Origin: Tubulanus polymorphus
Lineage: Eukaryota > Animalia > Nemertea
Assembly: GCF_964204645.1 (NCBI RefSeq)
Contig: NC_134027.1
Coordinates: 20,980,560-21,044,559 of the forward strand
Direction of reading: 5' to 3'
Length of the DNA stretch: 64,000 nt
The position numbers and the translations under genes were made by a program. Positions within the stretch are counted from its first letter, which is position 1; every line of letters starts with the position of its first letter. The notes under the pieces were generated by a model. That model was not told the DNA's origin, did no database searches, and saw only the letters and a list, made by a program, of their open reading frames with translations. Shown here piece by piece: positions 50,351-63,689 of the stretch.

Positions 50351-51680
50351 TATACTCAACCTGGTGATAGAACAACTGTTCATCTTTCATTCGATGGAAA
50401 ATATCCTTGAAAAATGACCTTCTTCATAATATAAAGAGCTTCCTAAATCTGCCTGCTCAGTGACGATCTGAACCGTCCGCCATATTTTATTCTTTGGCCT
50501 TAACAACTGTAATATAGACCAAACTGACCCACCGACTCCATTTAATCGAGAACTAACTTGAAAACCCCTTTTGCCCTCTTCTCTGCCATCTGTTAGTCCG
50601 ATCCTTATGCTATGAGACCCGAAGAAGAAACCGAAATATCGTGGGGCCCAAGCCCATAGCTCTTTTTAAAGTCAAATCTTCTAACTCCATCTTGTCGGTT
50701 GAAATGTGTTGGTTTGTAGAAACGCTGGTGGTTGTCTAGGTTGTCGTTTCTCATTATCCTCGTGTTTTTCGGTCGTAAGCGGCTATCGATGCACGGAGTT
50801 GAATGCTCTCGATTGAGCGTTGAGAGATCTCGAATCAAATCTCGATGGGATTAGAGACGCTTCTAGCTTCACGCCTGGGGAAAAGTCTTTGATTGTATGT
50901 ACTGTCCATCCTACGTACGTATATCAAACTTGAAATCACTGACAACACCGGCGGAAATCTAGCACTGCTGCGAATGCCTTTACAAATGCCAAGGATATTA
51001 GCCTTCGTGACATCGTTCATAACTTAATAAAAAGGATGTTTCTGGGAATCTACAAATCATGGTAACGTGCAGTCGATTAAAGATCTGGTGATTATTAGGT
51101 TGCGCAATGTGGAAAGTCGGATTGAATCGTCCTGACTTGATGTAAGTAGCCTGCAAAACATTGCAACTTACTATCGATCACGAGCGATTGCAATTCATAT
51201 AAGATGTCTTTAAATTTGTTTTTGACGGATAAATAAAGAGTCCTTGGTTATCACATATGAAGAAAATGTTTGATGATTGCTGTTTAATCTACATTTGGAA
51301 GCAGCAACAAAAAAGTTTTTAATAACCAATTAAACATTTCCGTGACAAGCACCTTCAAGAAACCGTTTCTGCCATAAGTACTTATCCGATACACACTAAT
51401 TTTGGGCAATATAACAATTATAACCTTAGTGATTGAACTTGGTGATGATTTAATAAGTAGTTTATTTGAATTTGTGTTCGGGTCTTATGTTTAACCTGCA
51501 TATCAATTTTCAAACTTTCATTTAGACAGAGCCGATAGAAGTTGCCCCGCTTATAATTAATTGCTCATATAGTGAATGTAAGGTCATTTTCAATGAAATT
51601 AGAAATTGATTTTTAAGCTGCCAAATCCGAAAATTATCAAACATGTCATCGAATAGATATAAGATTGGCATTTTCACTCG

Positions 51681-52220
51681 CGGTGTTGTCATATCGCGGA
51701 ATCACGGATTCGCGGAATTTTCCAAAAACACGGAATTTCTTCACTTTCACTACAAATAGTACCGTCACCGGGTTTTTTCTCTTCACAAATAAAGGAGTTC
51801 AAAAAGGAAACTATTTTGTAAGTTATGTATCATTCAACTTGTATCAACTTTTCTGGATACATCACACTCGCATAAATCACAATTTAGATGCACGTCTCGC
51901 ATAGAAAAAATCTAAAGCCAGAATGCATAATGTCTATTCATTTCCGTGCGATCATTTGGGATATTTCTCTTGATAGTTGAACACATACCCAGGTTTCCAT
52001 TTTCTCGTTGGGAAGTACCGTTAATTTGTTGAGTGACGATTGTGATAAATTGTCACAGGCCTACCGGTTACCAGTAATAGAAACATGCGCGCGGTGCCTT
52101 GTCCGAAAAAGGGGTATTCCCGTGGAATAACCCGGTAACTATTCATAGTGAAAATGAGGAAATTTCCACATTTTTGGAAAATTCCCGATTCCGTGATTCC
52201 GCGATATGACAATTACACCG
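51681..52220. mobile_element. MULE-like MITE with ~70-bp TIRs and 9-bp TSD
   Basis: CGGTGTTGTCATATCGCGGAATCACGGA... and ...TCCGTGATTCCGCGATATGACAATTACACCG, flanked by TTTCACTCG and TCTCACTCG. A partial copy lies at ~15580-16150 in the three-finger gene intron. Confidence 0.75.
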
Positions 52221-52784
52221 TCTCACTCGACGTATGGTGCAGATTTCGCTGAAAATGTATTAACTAATGAGAAAAATAGATTCAAACTCAATCAAAATGT
52301 AGAAGAAAATTGAAGCGCAGTAACCCCGTACCACTAGCGATCCAGATGGTTCATCGCTGAATCCTCGCTTGCCATTGTAGCATTGCCACTATTCCATTGC
52401 CCGCAGGTCCGAGTCAGCCCTACAAATGTTTAATCAGCTGCTCTGTAGACGTGAATAACAGCGAAAACCAGCTGGCTGTGCATGTAGTCGGTTTTCACTT
52501 TTCTGGTATTTCAAGATGAACTGAGCAAATATACTTTGGTTCTCATAACGGCGATGTTGACAACTGTGTCTACAGGAATCCAAATATTAATACAGTCATA
52601 GGGCGCTTTCATAAAGGCATTCGTTATTTTCAGATCCTTGGACTGAGGTGTGATTACTGAAATACTGAACAATCTAATCAAAAGAGGTGGACACTAAGTG
52701 ATTGGTTTTCTTATGGGTAGATTGTGCTAATATATTTCGGTGTTAGTGATTTCTTTGCTCTCCATTTTAGTTTTTACGAAGAAC

Positions 52785-55700
52785 ATGAAGACTGGTTTGT
52801 TCATACTTTTAGCTCTTGTTGTTGGCGGTAAGTACATTGTACAAGCGGCTCGTGGTTTGTGTCTCATTAAATTGGAAAATAGGAATTCGATCTAGTCACT
52901 GTTTCCTTCGAAACGATACCAACTTACCCACAATACAAATGGAAAAATAGAGCCCCGAAAGTTTCTTTGAGCTTGTAATCATGAATTACCAACGATATTA
53001 AGACAACCCCAGTAATTAAGTAATAAGATGTGATACAAAGTTGGGTTATACACATCCTCGCTTGCCAGGGGTCCGGTATCACTCCCGAACTCGCTTTCAC
53101 CAGCCCCCTGGCCTCAAGACGCGCGATGTCATTACTGGCGCTTTTGCGCGTGACGTCATATATCAACGCGCGACAATACTTCCGCGTTCGCTACGTGTTC
53201 GCTGATTGGTCTATTTACCGGGAAATTCCATAGATGCCTAATGTCGTTTGTAACAAGCGCTATGATTGGCCCGACCGGATTCTGGTCGTCTAGTAATGAC
53301 TCCAACGACTCGTGAGGTCAAGGGGTTCGGCGAACAGCTTTAGCGTAGTGGGTTGGAATCCCTTGACGGGTGAAGATGGGTTATACATAGAATCAGATTC
53401 AAAAGAAACAAATTTGAAGTAGACCATACTTGGGGAACTTAAACCTGTATAATACACGGTCATATAAGTGATGTAAGTGATTATGCAGTCAAGCTCACTT
53501 AATTCTATCTCTTGGAACCGTGATTTCTTCTACGAATTAGACATTATACGGATTATTCTTATTTCGTATTTTCTATGAATTATGTATAATTCGTAGAATT
53601 AACGATTTATCTATTCGTATAAACTACGAATTAAAACCTGCTATTCGTTGTTTAGACTTTGGCGGGGAAATGCGTCGCGTGGCGCGGCACGCTCAGTGGC
53701 TGACGAGTAATTGATAAACTTTCCTATCACCGCCGGCCGGAACAATGGGATACAAATTACGCGTCGCATTTTCAATTGCTTTCAAGAAAAGGGACCGCGA
53801 AATACTGCTACGATTTACGAATCATCCGATGGAAATTATATGGAATAAATAAGGGAAAAGTCTGGACCTTTTATTTTCATACGAATTAGGTAGTTATACA
53901 AATTAACCGACGACGCCGTATCAAACGAGGTTGACTGTATAAGGTGGACATCATTAGATAAAAGGAGGGACAATCTATGTATGGTATTTATAGACCCTGC
54001 TCATAGACCCTGCTTATATAACTCATAGACCCTGCATTTTAGAGTCCATTGTTGTGTCACGGATTTCTCCACTATTTTGTTCTCACTAATGCTGTACCGC
54101 TGGATCTTCTATGTAACTGATTCCTTTCGCTGTAGATATTAACTACTAACACTTCTACCTGGTATTCATTCTTCATATTTCTGAAACTAAAACTCACGAT
54201 CTATTGCACGTTTTACACATTTCGAAAGAAATATTTCATTCATGATAAAAGGCGAAGATTCGGTCTTTGTTAACTCATAAAAGCACGATCTCTAAACCAA
54301 AGCACCTATGATTTCGTATGAACAATTTTTTTCCAGTTTTTGATGTTTGTGAAGCTGTCTGTGAAGGTCGTACGCGTGTTGGTAATCACTGTTACGGACT
54401 TATCTACAGAGATGTAAATGACCGATCGCCAAATTGTGGTTGGCTCCATGCCAATGCAAGACTCGCCACCATTGAAAATTATGCTGAGAATGAGGGCGTA
54501 AGAGGTAGATATATATCTATAGTAATAAATCTTTATTACAATCAATATCAATGGCGGTAACAGGACGAGGATGGTTATTACATATATGTACGGTATTTTC
54601 TTGATTTTTGGCATTCGTGAGCTGAAAACTATTACGTACATGCCCCCAATCATACCCGAAAACATATTCTAAGTATCTGCGGCGCTGTGTATGGGCATCA
54701 TCAACATCAGAGGTTCAAATACTCTGCGAATGTGGAGAACATTTTTTTCCTTTTCAGCTACATAATCTGTTTAGGTCTACTTCCAATTTTTCGGCTACGC
54801 CGTTGCCTCCACGCACGGGAGATCCGAGTGTTTCTCCTTGGCAAAGTGATAAATTCGAAAATACTCTACTAAATCCATGGGCAATCAATCAAAAGGTTGG
54901 TGGTCCTGCTTCGAAAAAACTCAGCAGTTTCCACGACCATTGCATTAGTAGTTAAATTCAAGCTGATTCTGAAGTATAGTTTTATCGCAATAATGATAAT
55001 GGCCGAAACTATATAGGATCTAATGGAATTCAAGATAAAAAACTGTGCAAATATGGCCGGACCAAAAACGTTGGACCAGGCCAGAGTCAAATTTTAGCAT
55101 GAGTCTCATTTATGATTGACTGTGAATCGCACTGGTTCCGGAAGTGACTCAGTCACTTCGCTTTGTTTGAGCATTGTTTAGTATCGAGCGAGTGGTTTGG
55201 GCCAAATTTGATTTGGTCATGATCCGGGCCGAATCGTCTCCGTGTGATCGCAGTTTAATTAAACTAACAACCTTGTATATTAGCTTGCATGGAAGGTGGT
55301 TTAAGAACCGAATTTTACTCACAAATTTAACTTCTGGACTACGGGTGAAACTCATTTCATTCAACAGAGCTCATGGTTATGTTCGAGACCCAAACTGCTC
55401 AACTGGCATACAGAAAAAATCAGATAACCAGTGATTTTATGGTAAGTGCATTCGTTCTTCGTTAAACATCTCGCGCCTCCCTCGTTCTGAAAACGAATAA
55501 ACTCGCGAACAACACATTACAAAAATAGCCAGTCTACAGAATCTGATAAGATATGACCGGGCTAATGTCTAAGAACTCATCTCCAATGGCACGTGAGCTT
55601 CAAAACTTGCAACGAAGGCCATGAACCCTTTCGTATGCAGAGACCAGTCTTAGGTTGTTTATGAACCTCATTTGCGAGTGCAGAGCGACAACAGCCTCAG

Positions 55701-56814
55701 ATTCTCAGGTGTCTGCTTGTTACCAGCACTGGCTACAGGCGGGTAACCCTCTTGCAGGCAGGAAGCCAATATTGGGGTAATCATGCTCCAAGTTTTGAGC
55801 GAGCCTCCAGAACAGACCTTCACTATCAAGTACTGTGACTATTGTGTCTTCCTGCTTGATTTCCGGGTAATTTTTAACCCCCCTCCATATGTACGCCCTC
55901 TGTACGTTTTTATAACCCCCCCTTGCGTAAATACTTTATGAATGACCCCCTGTAAGATTGAATTTTTCACGATCCATGCATGGTTTAAATGAGGCAAAAT
56001 TCACCAGCATTCGATCCGAGCACTGACGACGACGAAATGAAAGTACGAAAGTAGGGAATTCCCGGGAAATCCTAACAAATTTGTGAAAATCACAGTGTGT
56101 TTCGTACCTACTTAGGGCGTTCGATTATCCCACTCGGATTGCTCCGAGTGAATTCGGGAAAGCCTCTGAGGCGTTCGTTTTCTGTCACATAGTATAAACG
56201 AGCTCACCCGGGTAAGGCCTAGTAACTTCTTCGGCGAGTGGGTTACTGGGAAAAAATGGCGGCCGAGTGAGGCAACAGTAGTACCGGTATAACGTATTTA
56301 CGACGTGGAAAATGTAAAGTCGGTGAATGTTGAGTGGTATGCCTTATTCTCGGGCGAGTCTTACCCCAATATCGTTCGTTTATTTGCGACAACCAACAGC
56401 GTTCATTTTACCCGAGTAGTTCCGAGTAAGCCAATCGAATGCCCTAAAAGTAACATTAACCCTCCCCCTTAGAAAAGAGTGTATGCTTTGAGCTCACCGG
56501 TCCCCTCCCCCTGTACGTTTTGTACGGATTTTTAACATGGGCGTACGTACTCTATGCACGGCGCCTTATCTGTTGCTGTTTCAGTTTCACTCAAAAGGAT
56601 AAACCATTTCTTCATTAATAATGTTTGACTAAACCGGTTAGAAAGTTCATCTTTTTGTGAAACTGGGTCTATGTTAATGCTATCTTTGCAGAAAAACCGA
56701 TTGAAATATACAATATTATCATATGGCGATTGTGTCGGTATAAATTCCGACGGTAGTTGGAGATATATTCCTTGTGACAACACACTGTCTTTAGCCTGTA
56801 TGTACGACGTGTAA
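52785..56814 (+). CDS. Secreted C-type lectin-like domain protein (paralog C), 135 aa, non-canonical compact CTLD
   Basis: Exons 52785-52827, 54337-54504, 55368-55441 and 56692-56814 join in frame (408 nt): MKTGLFILLALVVGVFDVCEA/VCEGRTRVGNHCYGLIYRDVNDRSPNCGWLHANARLATIENYAENEGVRELMVMFETQTAQLAYRKNQITSDFMKNRLKYTILSYGDCVGINSDGSWRYIPCDNTLSLACMYDV*. Six Cys in long-form CTLD spacing and an ARLATIEN..EN helix motif. Confidence 0.82.
56112..56447. mobile_element. TIR MITE in lectin intron 3
   Basis: TTAGGGCGTTCGATT...ACTCGGA and TCCGAGTAAGCCAATCGAATGCCCTAA form inverted ends. Confidence 0.6.
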
Positions 56815-57077
56815 TAATATGATAGTGATAAAAAAGCAACAGAATCAATGATATTGAAGTGCCGATATTTGTCTGTAATTACATGTGTATTTCGATTTTA
56901 AATATCTCCAACAAATCGGTGACTCATCGGCTGAAAATACTGAGCGATTACGTTTGCATAAATCGTCTGTCCGTTTGGGAAATCACCTGATCGCTCAGGC
57001 CGACATTAAGCCCGATTAACGAAGAAAAGTTTGAAGGCGATTGCATTTTACGCAATATGCGACATTTTACTTATTAT

Positions 57078-57186
57078 GGTTTTATGGACTGGTATTACCT
57101 TAAACCCGGGGGCTAACTCAATTGATAATGAAATGAGTTAGCCTCCGGGTTAAAGGTAATGCCAGTCTATAAAACCCGCCCCTGGT
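57078..57186. mobile_element. Short palindromic MITE (relatives at ~28700-28787 and ~60820-60892)
   Basis: GGTTTTATGGACTGGTATTACCTTAAACCCGGGGGCTAACTCA pairs with TGAGTTAGCCTCCGGGTTAAAGGTAATGCCAGTCTATAAAACC. Confidence 0.65.
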
Positions 57187-57923
57187 CTTTGGATGGATCC
57201 TTTCGCGATCGTCACAACGTTGCCGGTAAATGAGGGAAAAACCAAGCCAACAAAACCTTTTGATCCCTGGAATCTATCATCAATCCGAAAGCTTGATGGA
57301 AGAAAATTCATTAAAAATGTCTCTAAGAATGCTTGACGAAAAATTGGCAACATTTGTTTTAAACGGTTAAACGACGAAATAAAATCACTTGCAAGCATTG
57401 TAATAGCGTTGTGAATTACCGACAAACAATATTATCCACGAAATGGTTCGATGAAATAGGTCATAGCACCAGTACGACCGGCCCTACATGACATGAATTG
57501 ATTTTGCAGTGAATCAGAATGCAACCCTTTGTATCCCTCAGGTCTATTGATAATTCACCACCGCGCCAAAAATCACGGTCCCAAGATAGAGATATGAATT
57601 AAGTGAGGTTGAATATACTTGAGCATCATGAGCCGGTGAAAAAGCAATTCCTCGATTCATACTCGTGGATTCTGCGCCGCAATTTACGGAAGTGTCCTAC
57701 GCGGTGTAAGAGGACTGCATACATTTCACATGGTCCGATCCGTAGTTGAATCGTGTGGTATCCCTACCTGACCGCTGACCAAGATCGTTTAGAGTAAACC
57801 CAAAGTTGCGCATCTAGATTCATCACTGGTGACTACCATTCAACAACACCTGGCTGGGTCACCCAATAGTTGGTAACCTAATCATTGGTGGAAGCTTTTA
57901 TAATCGGATGGGCTTATACCTTA

Positions 57924-58224
<301 letters not shown>

Positions 58225-58239
58225 GTTACTGACTAGTCA

Positions 58240-58705
58240 CCCAAATGCTCGAAAAACCGCTAGAGCCACCAAGTCTACAGGCCGGACAGAAGAAACAACG
58301 GTTACTTTTCTGTACAAAGTGGTTAATGGATTGGTTCCGGCTATGTCCCAATCAATTCCTTGAAAAGTCGCGAAACCAGGTAAGAGGGCTTTACGGGCCA
58401 AGACTTTAATACAGACAACATTGTCCAACGATCGATTTCATACTAAAGGAAATCTTTCGCCGTCCCCCAAAATCGAATACAGCGCAATACCGAAATTCGT
58501 TCATCGTGAGATCCGTCCTCGTCTGGAACCAACTGGACGAACAGACCATCCAGGCATCTAGTTCCAGCGTATGATCGCCCTGCGCTCAGATTAATAAACC
58601 AACGCGCTCCTCCCCGTTGCCAAGTGCCTTATCAAGACCAGGGAAGTGTGATGAGACTTCCCTGTCAAGACTAATCGTGCAACTGTCAATACAGAAACAG
58701 AAACA
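58240..58705 (+). mobile_element. 3' end of a CR1/L2-type LINE
   Basis: TFLYKVVNGLVP and QYRNSFIVRSVLVWNQLD resemble the ORF2 C-terminus (LYK...NSFFPRT...WN.L). ACAGAA-repeat tail at ~58690. Confidence 0.7.
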
Positions 58706-58771
58706 ATCGGACACATAATCGCATTGGAAAGGCCGGTTCAAACAATTCCAAGAATCTACTATAGTGTTTTG

Positions 58772-59105
58772 TATGGTGGCTGAAGTGGGCCATACTAAAA
58801 AAATTTTCTATACGGCTTGAACAACGATAAAAAAATTTCACATTGGCCTGTTTTTTAGTTTCTCACGCGTGAATTCAAACAGTTTGGAGAAAATAAAAAG
58901 TGCGAGAAAACAAAAAATATAGGGCAATGTAAAAAGTATTTATCCAGCTGCTAGCCTATCAGAAAAATTTTCAAACCAAAAGTTTTGAATTCTCGCGCGA
59001 GAAAACCATAAGTTTTAAACCAAAAAACAGGCCAATCTGTTAATTTTTTCCTGCTCTAGCCGTACGGAAAAAAATTTTCTAGTATGGCCCGAATCAGCCA
59101 CCATA
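58772..59105. mobile_element. Foldback MITE, ~334 bp
   Basis: TATGGTGGCTGAAGTGGGCCATACTA... and ...TAGTATGGCCCGAATCAGCCACCATA, with complementarity running through most of the element. Confidence 0.75.
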
Positions 59106-60070
59106 GTTATACGTTGTTTCCAACTTTTTGGCAGCATTTTGGTCATTTCACTAATGGTAAATCGCCAATCGATGACCCTTTATCATCAAGAGAAACTCGA
59201 CGCAACGCTGAGAACAAAAACTCTGGAAATAATCAATATAAATGAATTTATTTTCCATATTAAAATCATTTACATGTTTACATCATCGTTATTTCTATTA
59301 TCAAATTATTTTGTATCAAATTTAATCATATTCTTATATATATATATATGCGCATGATTGAACAATATTATTACAAAAAATGTATTTAATTACAAGATAT
59401 AGATTTATTAAATAGAACGTGATATTCTAAAATATTCTCTTTCATTGGTGGATGGAATGTTTATTAACAGAAAAAAGCGAGTGTATTTCATCTTATCGTG
59501 GATTCTAAACTAATTCAAATTCCCTAACAAGTCGCACAGTCCTTGGTGGAACGAAGTACGTGTACAGTAAATTTGAATTCCATTGTTCTTTTGCACTAAG
59601 GTGGTCCCTCTTCAGATACGCCAACCGAAGTTCTTGTACTAATTATAAGTTTAAAACCGACTACATACAATTTTTTTACATATAAAATAAAAATCATCAT
59701 TCCCAACGGTGATCTCGAGAGAATATGAAACATTGCGTCATTCGTTTATAATATTCTTAGATTAATAGATTTCATATTGACTCTTTTCAATTGATATATA
59801 GGTTTTAAACTCATAAACTGTTCTCAAAATCGTGAGTGTGACTATACATTATCGTACCGATATTTCAATCAACCAGTTCATCGTTAATGCCGCTTTACGC
59901 CGGAACTCAATCTGTAGCCTGGAACCAGCCCCTCAGACATTCGGATTTTGAAAGCGGTGATAAAATGTCTCGTGTTCATTCAATTTTCGGTGAAGTCGAT
60001 AGAAAGTGGAAGTATGTTTGATTAAGTCTAGGGCATGGCATCAGGCGGCAGATGATAATACGTTGTATAT

Positions 60071-60340
60071 CAGGCCCGTGCCGAGCTTTTTTGAGGGGCA
60101 GTTCTAATTCAAGAAAAAGGGCACTTTTTCACTGTAAAAAGGGCACATTCTTATCGAAAAAGGGTAAACTTAAATATGAATTGACCGGGTACCTGAATAA
60201 AATCATTTGAGAATGGATTACTTCTCATTATCAAAAAATGAAAAAATGTCGAAAAATCATGACTTAAATTTTTTTACACCGGTTTTGAAAATTTTAGGGG
60301 GTTCATTCGCTACCCCCAAACCCCCCTCGGCACAGGCCTG
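60071..60340. mobile_element. Short-TIR MITE (hAT-like CAGG terminus)
   Basis: CAGGCCCGTGCCGAG and CTCGGCACAGGCCTG. No clean 8-bp TSD. Confidence 0.5.
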
Positions 60341-61961
60341 TATATACCACTTCTCAATGGACCAAACTTATTACATTATCTCTAAAAAAAACTGAAATAC
60401 ACTGTACATCAAACACTACGATCGAAATAAATATATAAATCATTAAAAATAGACACGTTTTCTATATAGACAGGACGTTTATAAGACGCTTAAAACAAAT
60501 AGATTTATTCCTAGAAGTAAAATGAATAGCACGGAGATTTTTTTCAAAAAGGAATGTATATCTGAAGTCTCATCACATCGATCACTCATAAAGCTGAAAC
60601 CTGAAGATTTCCGCTTCAACAGTACAGCGATCTACACGGAATGTTAATCGTTACTCGCGTAAATGGAATGAAAACACGAGCTATCACGGAAGTCAATAAT
60701 CGGACGCGTCAACCTTCGGGGTCAGTCGAACGCGAAAAACCGTTCCTTCATCACCGATAAGAAAAAAATTATCGTCATTAATATAATCGAACGTTTGGAC
60801 GAATTCTAAATCGAAAACCACCGGGCCGGTTTTACAGGCCGCCCTAACTTCAACCCGGAGGAGTTAATACTAGGTCTATAAAACTGGGCCGTTCACTTAC
60901 CCCAAACCTGCGGATATACGTAACACTCTAGCGAATATAAAAGCGGTATAAAATATAGAATAGAAAGCAGTCGATTCAATCTGACCACCGATTCCCTAGA
61001 TAGTAGTTATTATATATAAATATACGTAACACGTTCAATAAATGAATTATTATTTACATCAAACTTGAGCCTTCGCTCAAAAACGCTTATAACTCGCAAT
61101 AGTGGAACCCTGTTTTTAGAATGTTTGTTTGGAAATGTAGTGGATTCATCCATGCTTGTCTCGATTGTATTATTGGCGAATTGCATGAAGTCAGCTGCAT
61201 TTCACATAGTCTTAGTTACCAGACCATAAGATATCATTTTTTATTTCCTGAATATATATGATAGAATTCCCATTAAATTCAACTGAAATTTGTCAAATCC
61301 GCTGAACCATTTTTTTCAGTCGCGATTCAACTAAGTAAGATGGAAACCACTGTATTTCTTTAACTCGTAATTCCATTATAATTTAACCGAAGCAAACAAG
61401 TGAATAAAATAGAGTTGACTGTTTTTTCCTCATAACTCTTTGTTCCAATTGACTTCAACTGAATTGGACTAAGTGACTGAAGTCGAGTGAACCATTAAGC
61501 AATATTCAAACCCTGACATATTCAAACAGTTGACTTAATATTATAGAGTGCTTTGGATCCTACAGGGTTTCTCAAAATCATAAATAATTCCATTCGAACT
61601 CAGCCAAATTCGACAAGGCGGAGTTGAATCCTGTAACTCGAGGCAGGAACACATTCCACAAACGGAAAATTCTGTGTTCATTTGACGCAATGGGAATTAC
61701 CAATATTTATACATTGAATACAGGGTATACCTTGTGTAACAAGGTTCCACTTGAAAGGGCTTTGGTATTCAGCCCCATTCTACATTGAGCGACAATGCAA
61801 GTGTCAAAATTTTCAATCGAGCAATGATTTCTTTTTAACGATTATCTAAGTTCATTATCGAGGACGCAATGATCATGATCAATAAATTATTAAGCATTGA
61901 TTTTTTGTTTCTAATAACAGGTTAACATAAATGGTATAAACACAATTGTATGTATACAATC

Positions 61962-62030
61962 GTATGTATATATATATATATAATATATTAATAATAATAA
62001 TAATAATAATAATGATAATAATCGTTATAA
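61962..62030. repeat. (TA)n/(TAA)n microsatellite
   Basis: Directly visible. Confidence 0.85.
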
Positions 62031-62862
62031 TGTATAAACTGGAAAAGGCGACGGATATTTACAATACTTTTACTTCGAATCGAAAAATCAGTTTCAACGA
62101 GAGGTGCCAATCACTACGCGCGGTGTTGGGTTTTTGCATAAAATCATCCAGCAATATTCTCACTATATACGGTATATACACGCTCAGTCGGAGGACCACC
62201 ACCTCGTTTAACATACGTGGAATTTGGTCTATTTTTCACCGATACATCCATAGCACATTCGTTCCCGTCGAGAATGGAACGAAGGAACGATGGTGTAGCG
62301 AAATGAACGGCTGAATTGTTTCCAAATGGAAATTCCGCCGCGGTACGTACAGTAAAACCAGCTTAATACTGACGTGGAATCCAGTATTTTTTGAGTACCA
62401 ACCCTATAGATAACGAATTGAAATAAGTTGAACTGAAGGCGAATACCATAATTACTATATCATAACTATATTCCTTGTTATAACGCACAAACATCCGGGC
62501 ACACTACCTAACGTATTGCATGCGTGTATTGTAGGCAGTCCAATAGTTTCTCTGCGGATTAATTCTACTTTCTCATGAACTAGATTAAAAATTCATTGGT
62601 TTCAAGACGGTGATCGGGATTCATTGGTCTCCAGACGGTGATCGTATTAAGCAGGTTTAACTATGTACCGGGTATTTGTTTAAATGTTGCCCCCATTCAT
62701 ACCCAACATCGAAAACGTTTTCATTTCTATATCACGAATGAAACGATCGACTAAGAATTGATATTTTCTAATGGAAAAAGAGTGACTAAACTCGTCGAAA
62801 CACAACCTTACAAAACGAACCCATCAGATGAGCGAGGGGCGAAAGGTTAATAGTTAAATGTG

Positions 62863-63047
62863 TCAGGTTCGATAGATGAACCGCGTGATGAAAATGGCGA
62901 TTGTAGTCGATAGAAGAGCCAAGGAAGCTCGCACAGCAGTCGCCGCGTTGTAATACGGACAATACGGACACTGGAACGAACCGCACGATAAACAAATATT
63001 CAAATTGAATAAATCCCACGTGATGTACATCGTGTTGTTGAAACGAC
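62863..63047 (-). CDS. Last coding exon of a membrane-anchored (GPI or TM tail) Cys-motif protein whose upstream exons are not identified (probably beyond the window)
   Basis: Strong acceptor tactatttttcAG (phase 1), then RFNNTMYITWDLFNLNICLSCGSFQCPYCPYYNAATAVRASLALLSTTIAIFITRFIYRT*. This is a CxxC-x4-CxxC motif, small residues, then a hydrophobic tail, in CpG-rich exon-like sequence. Confidence 0.65.
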
Positions 63048-63689
63048 CTGAAAAATAGTAAAACAAAGCAAAATTTTGAAAATGAATATATTTCATATGA
63101 ATCGAAACTCGTATAAACTTTTTTCTATGCCCTTTAACTCGCAATCCATGTTTATAATTCCAATTTTCTTTTTTTATAGTTCCATTTTTATAACAAAACT
63201 AATTTAAGAATCTATGAACTCAGTCTGATAAGCACACTCCAACATTACAGCTTCGAAAACTCTAATTTTTACTTAAAACCATCTGATGACCATAAACAAA
63301 TAGGCAGATTGTCTGTTGAAGTGTAGTGGTGTGATGAATACTGCACTGTATGTGAATGTAAACCGTTCAAGCAAACATATCATAGATATCTTCCCAGTCT
63401 CTTAAGTGATACAACATTAACTTATTTGGCTATAGTTTGGATACGGCGATAGATTCTTGACACAATAAATGGGTGATTTATACCAAATAGTGTAAATACC
63501 TGGTTCGTAATAATCGTATATTCGAACGCTGTGCTGTATAGTCATATTAGCGACAGGATACCAACGATCAGCTCGGAAATCTACGCACGTTCTCTGTTGA
63601 TCAATCTACACAATGAAACATCAAAAAGAAATAGGTGAATTCGTTTTCAAATAAGTTCAGCGAAATTTATAGAAGAGAGGATATCAATA

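Noticed and set aside
55283-55367. Longer lectin exon 3 starting at the upstream AG (would contain an FWT-like motif)
   Set aside because: All three frames hit stops before the donor. The acceptor at 55366-55367 is conserved in paralog B and gives an open frame.
62060-62405. Possible extra minus-strand exon
   Set aside because: It has an acceptor-like site and partly open frames but no recognisable protein. It lies downstream of the stop at 62863, so 3'UTR is more likely.
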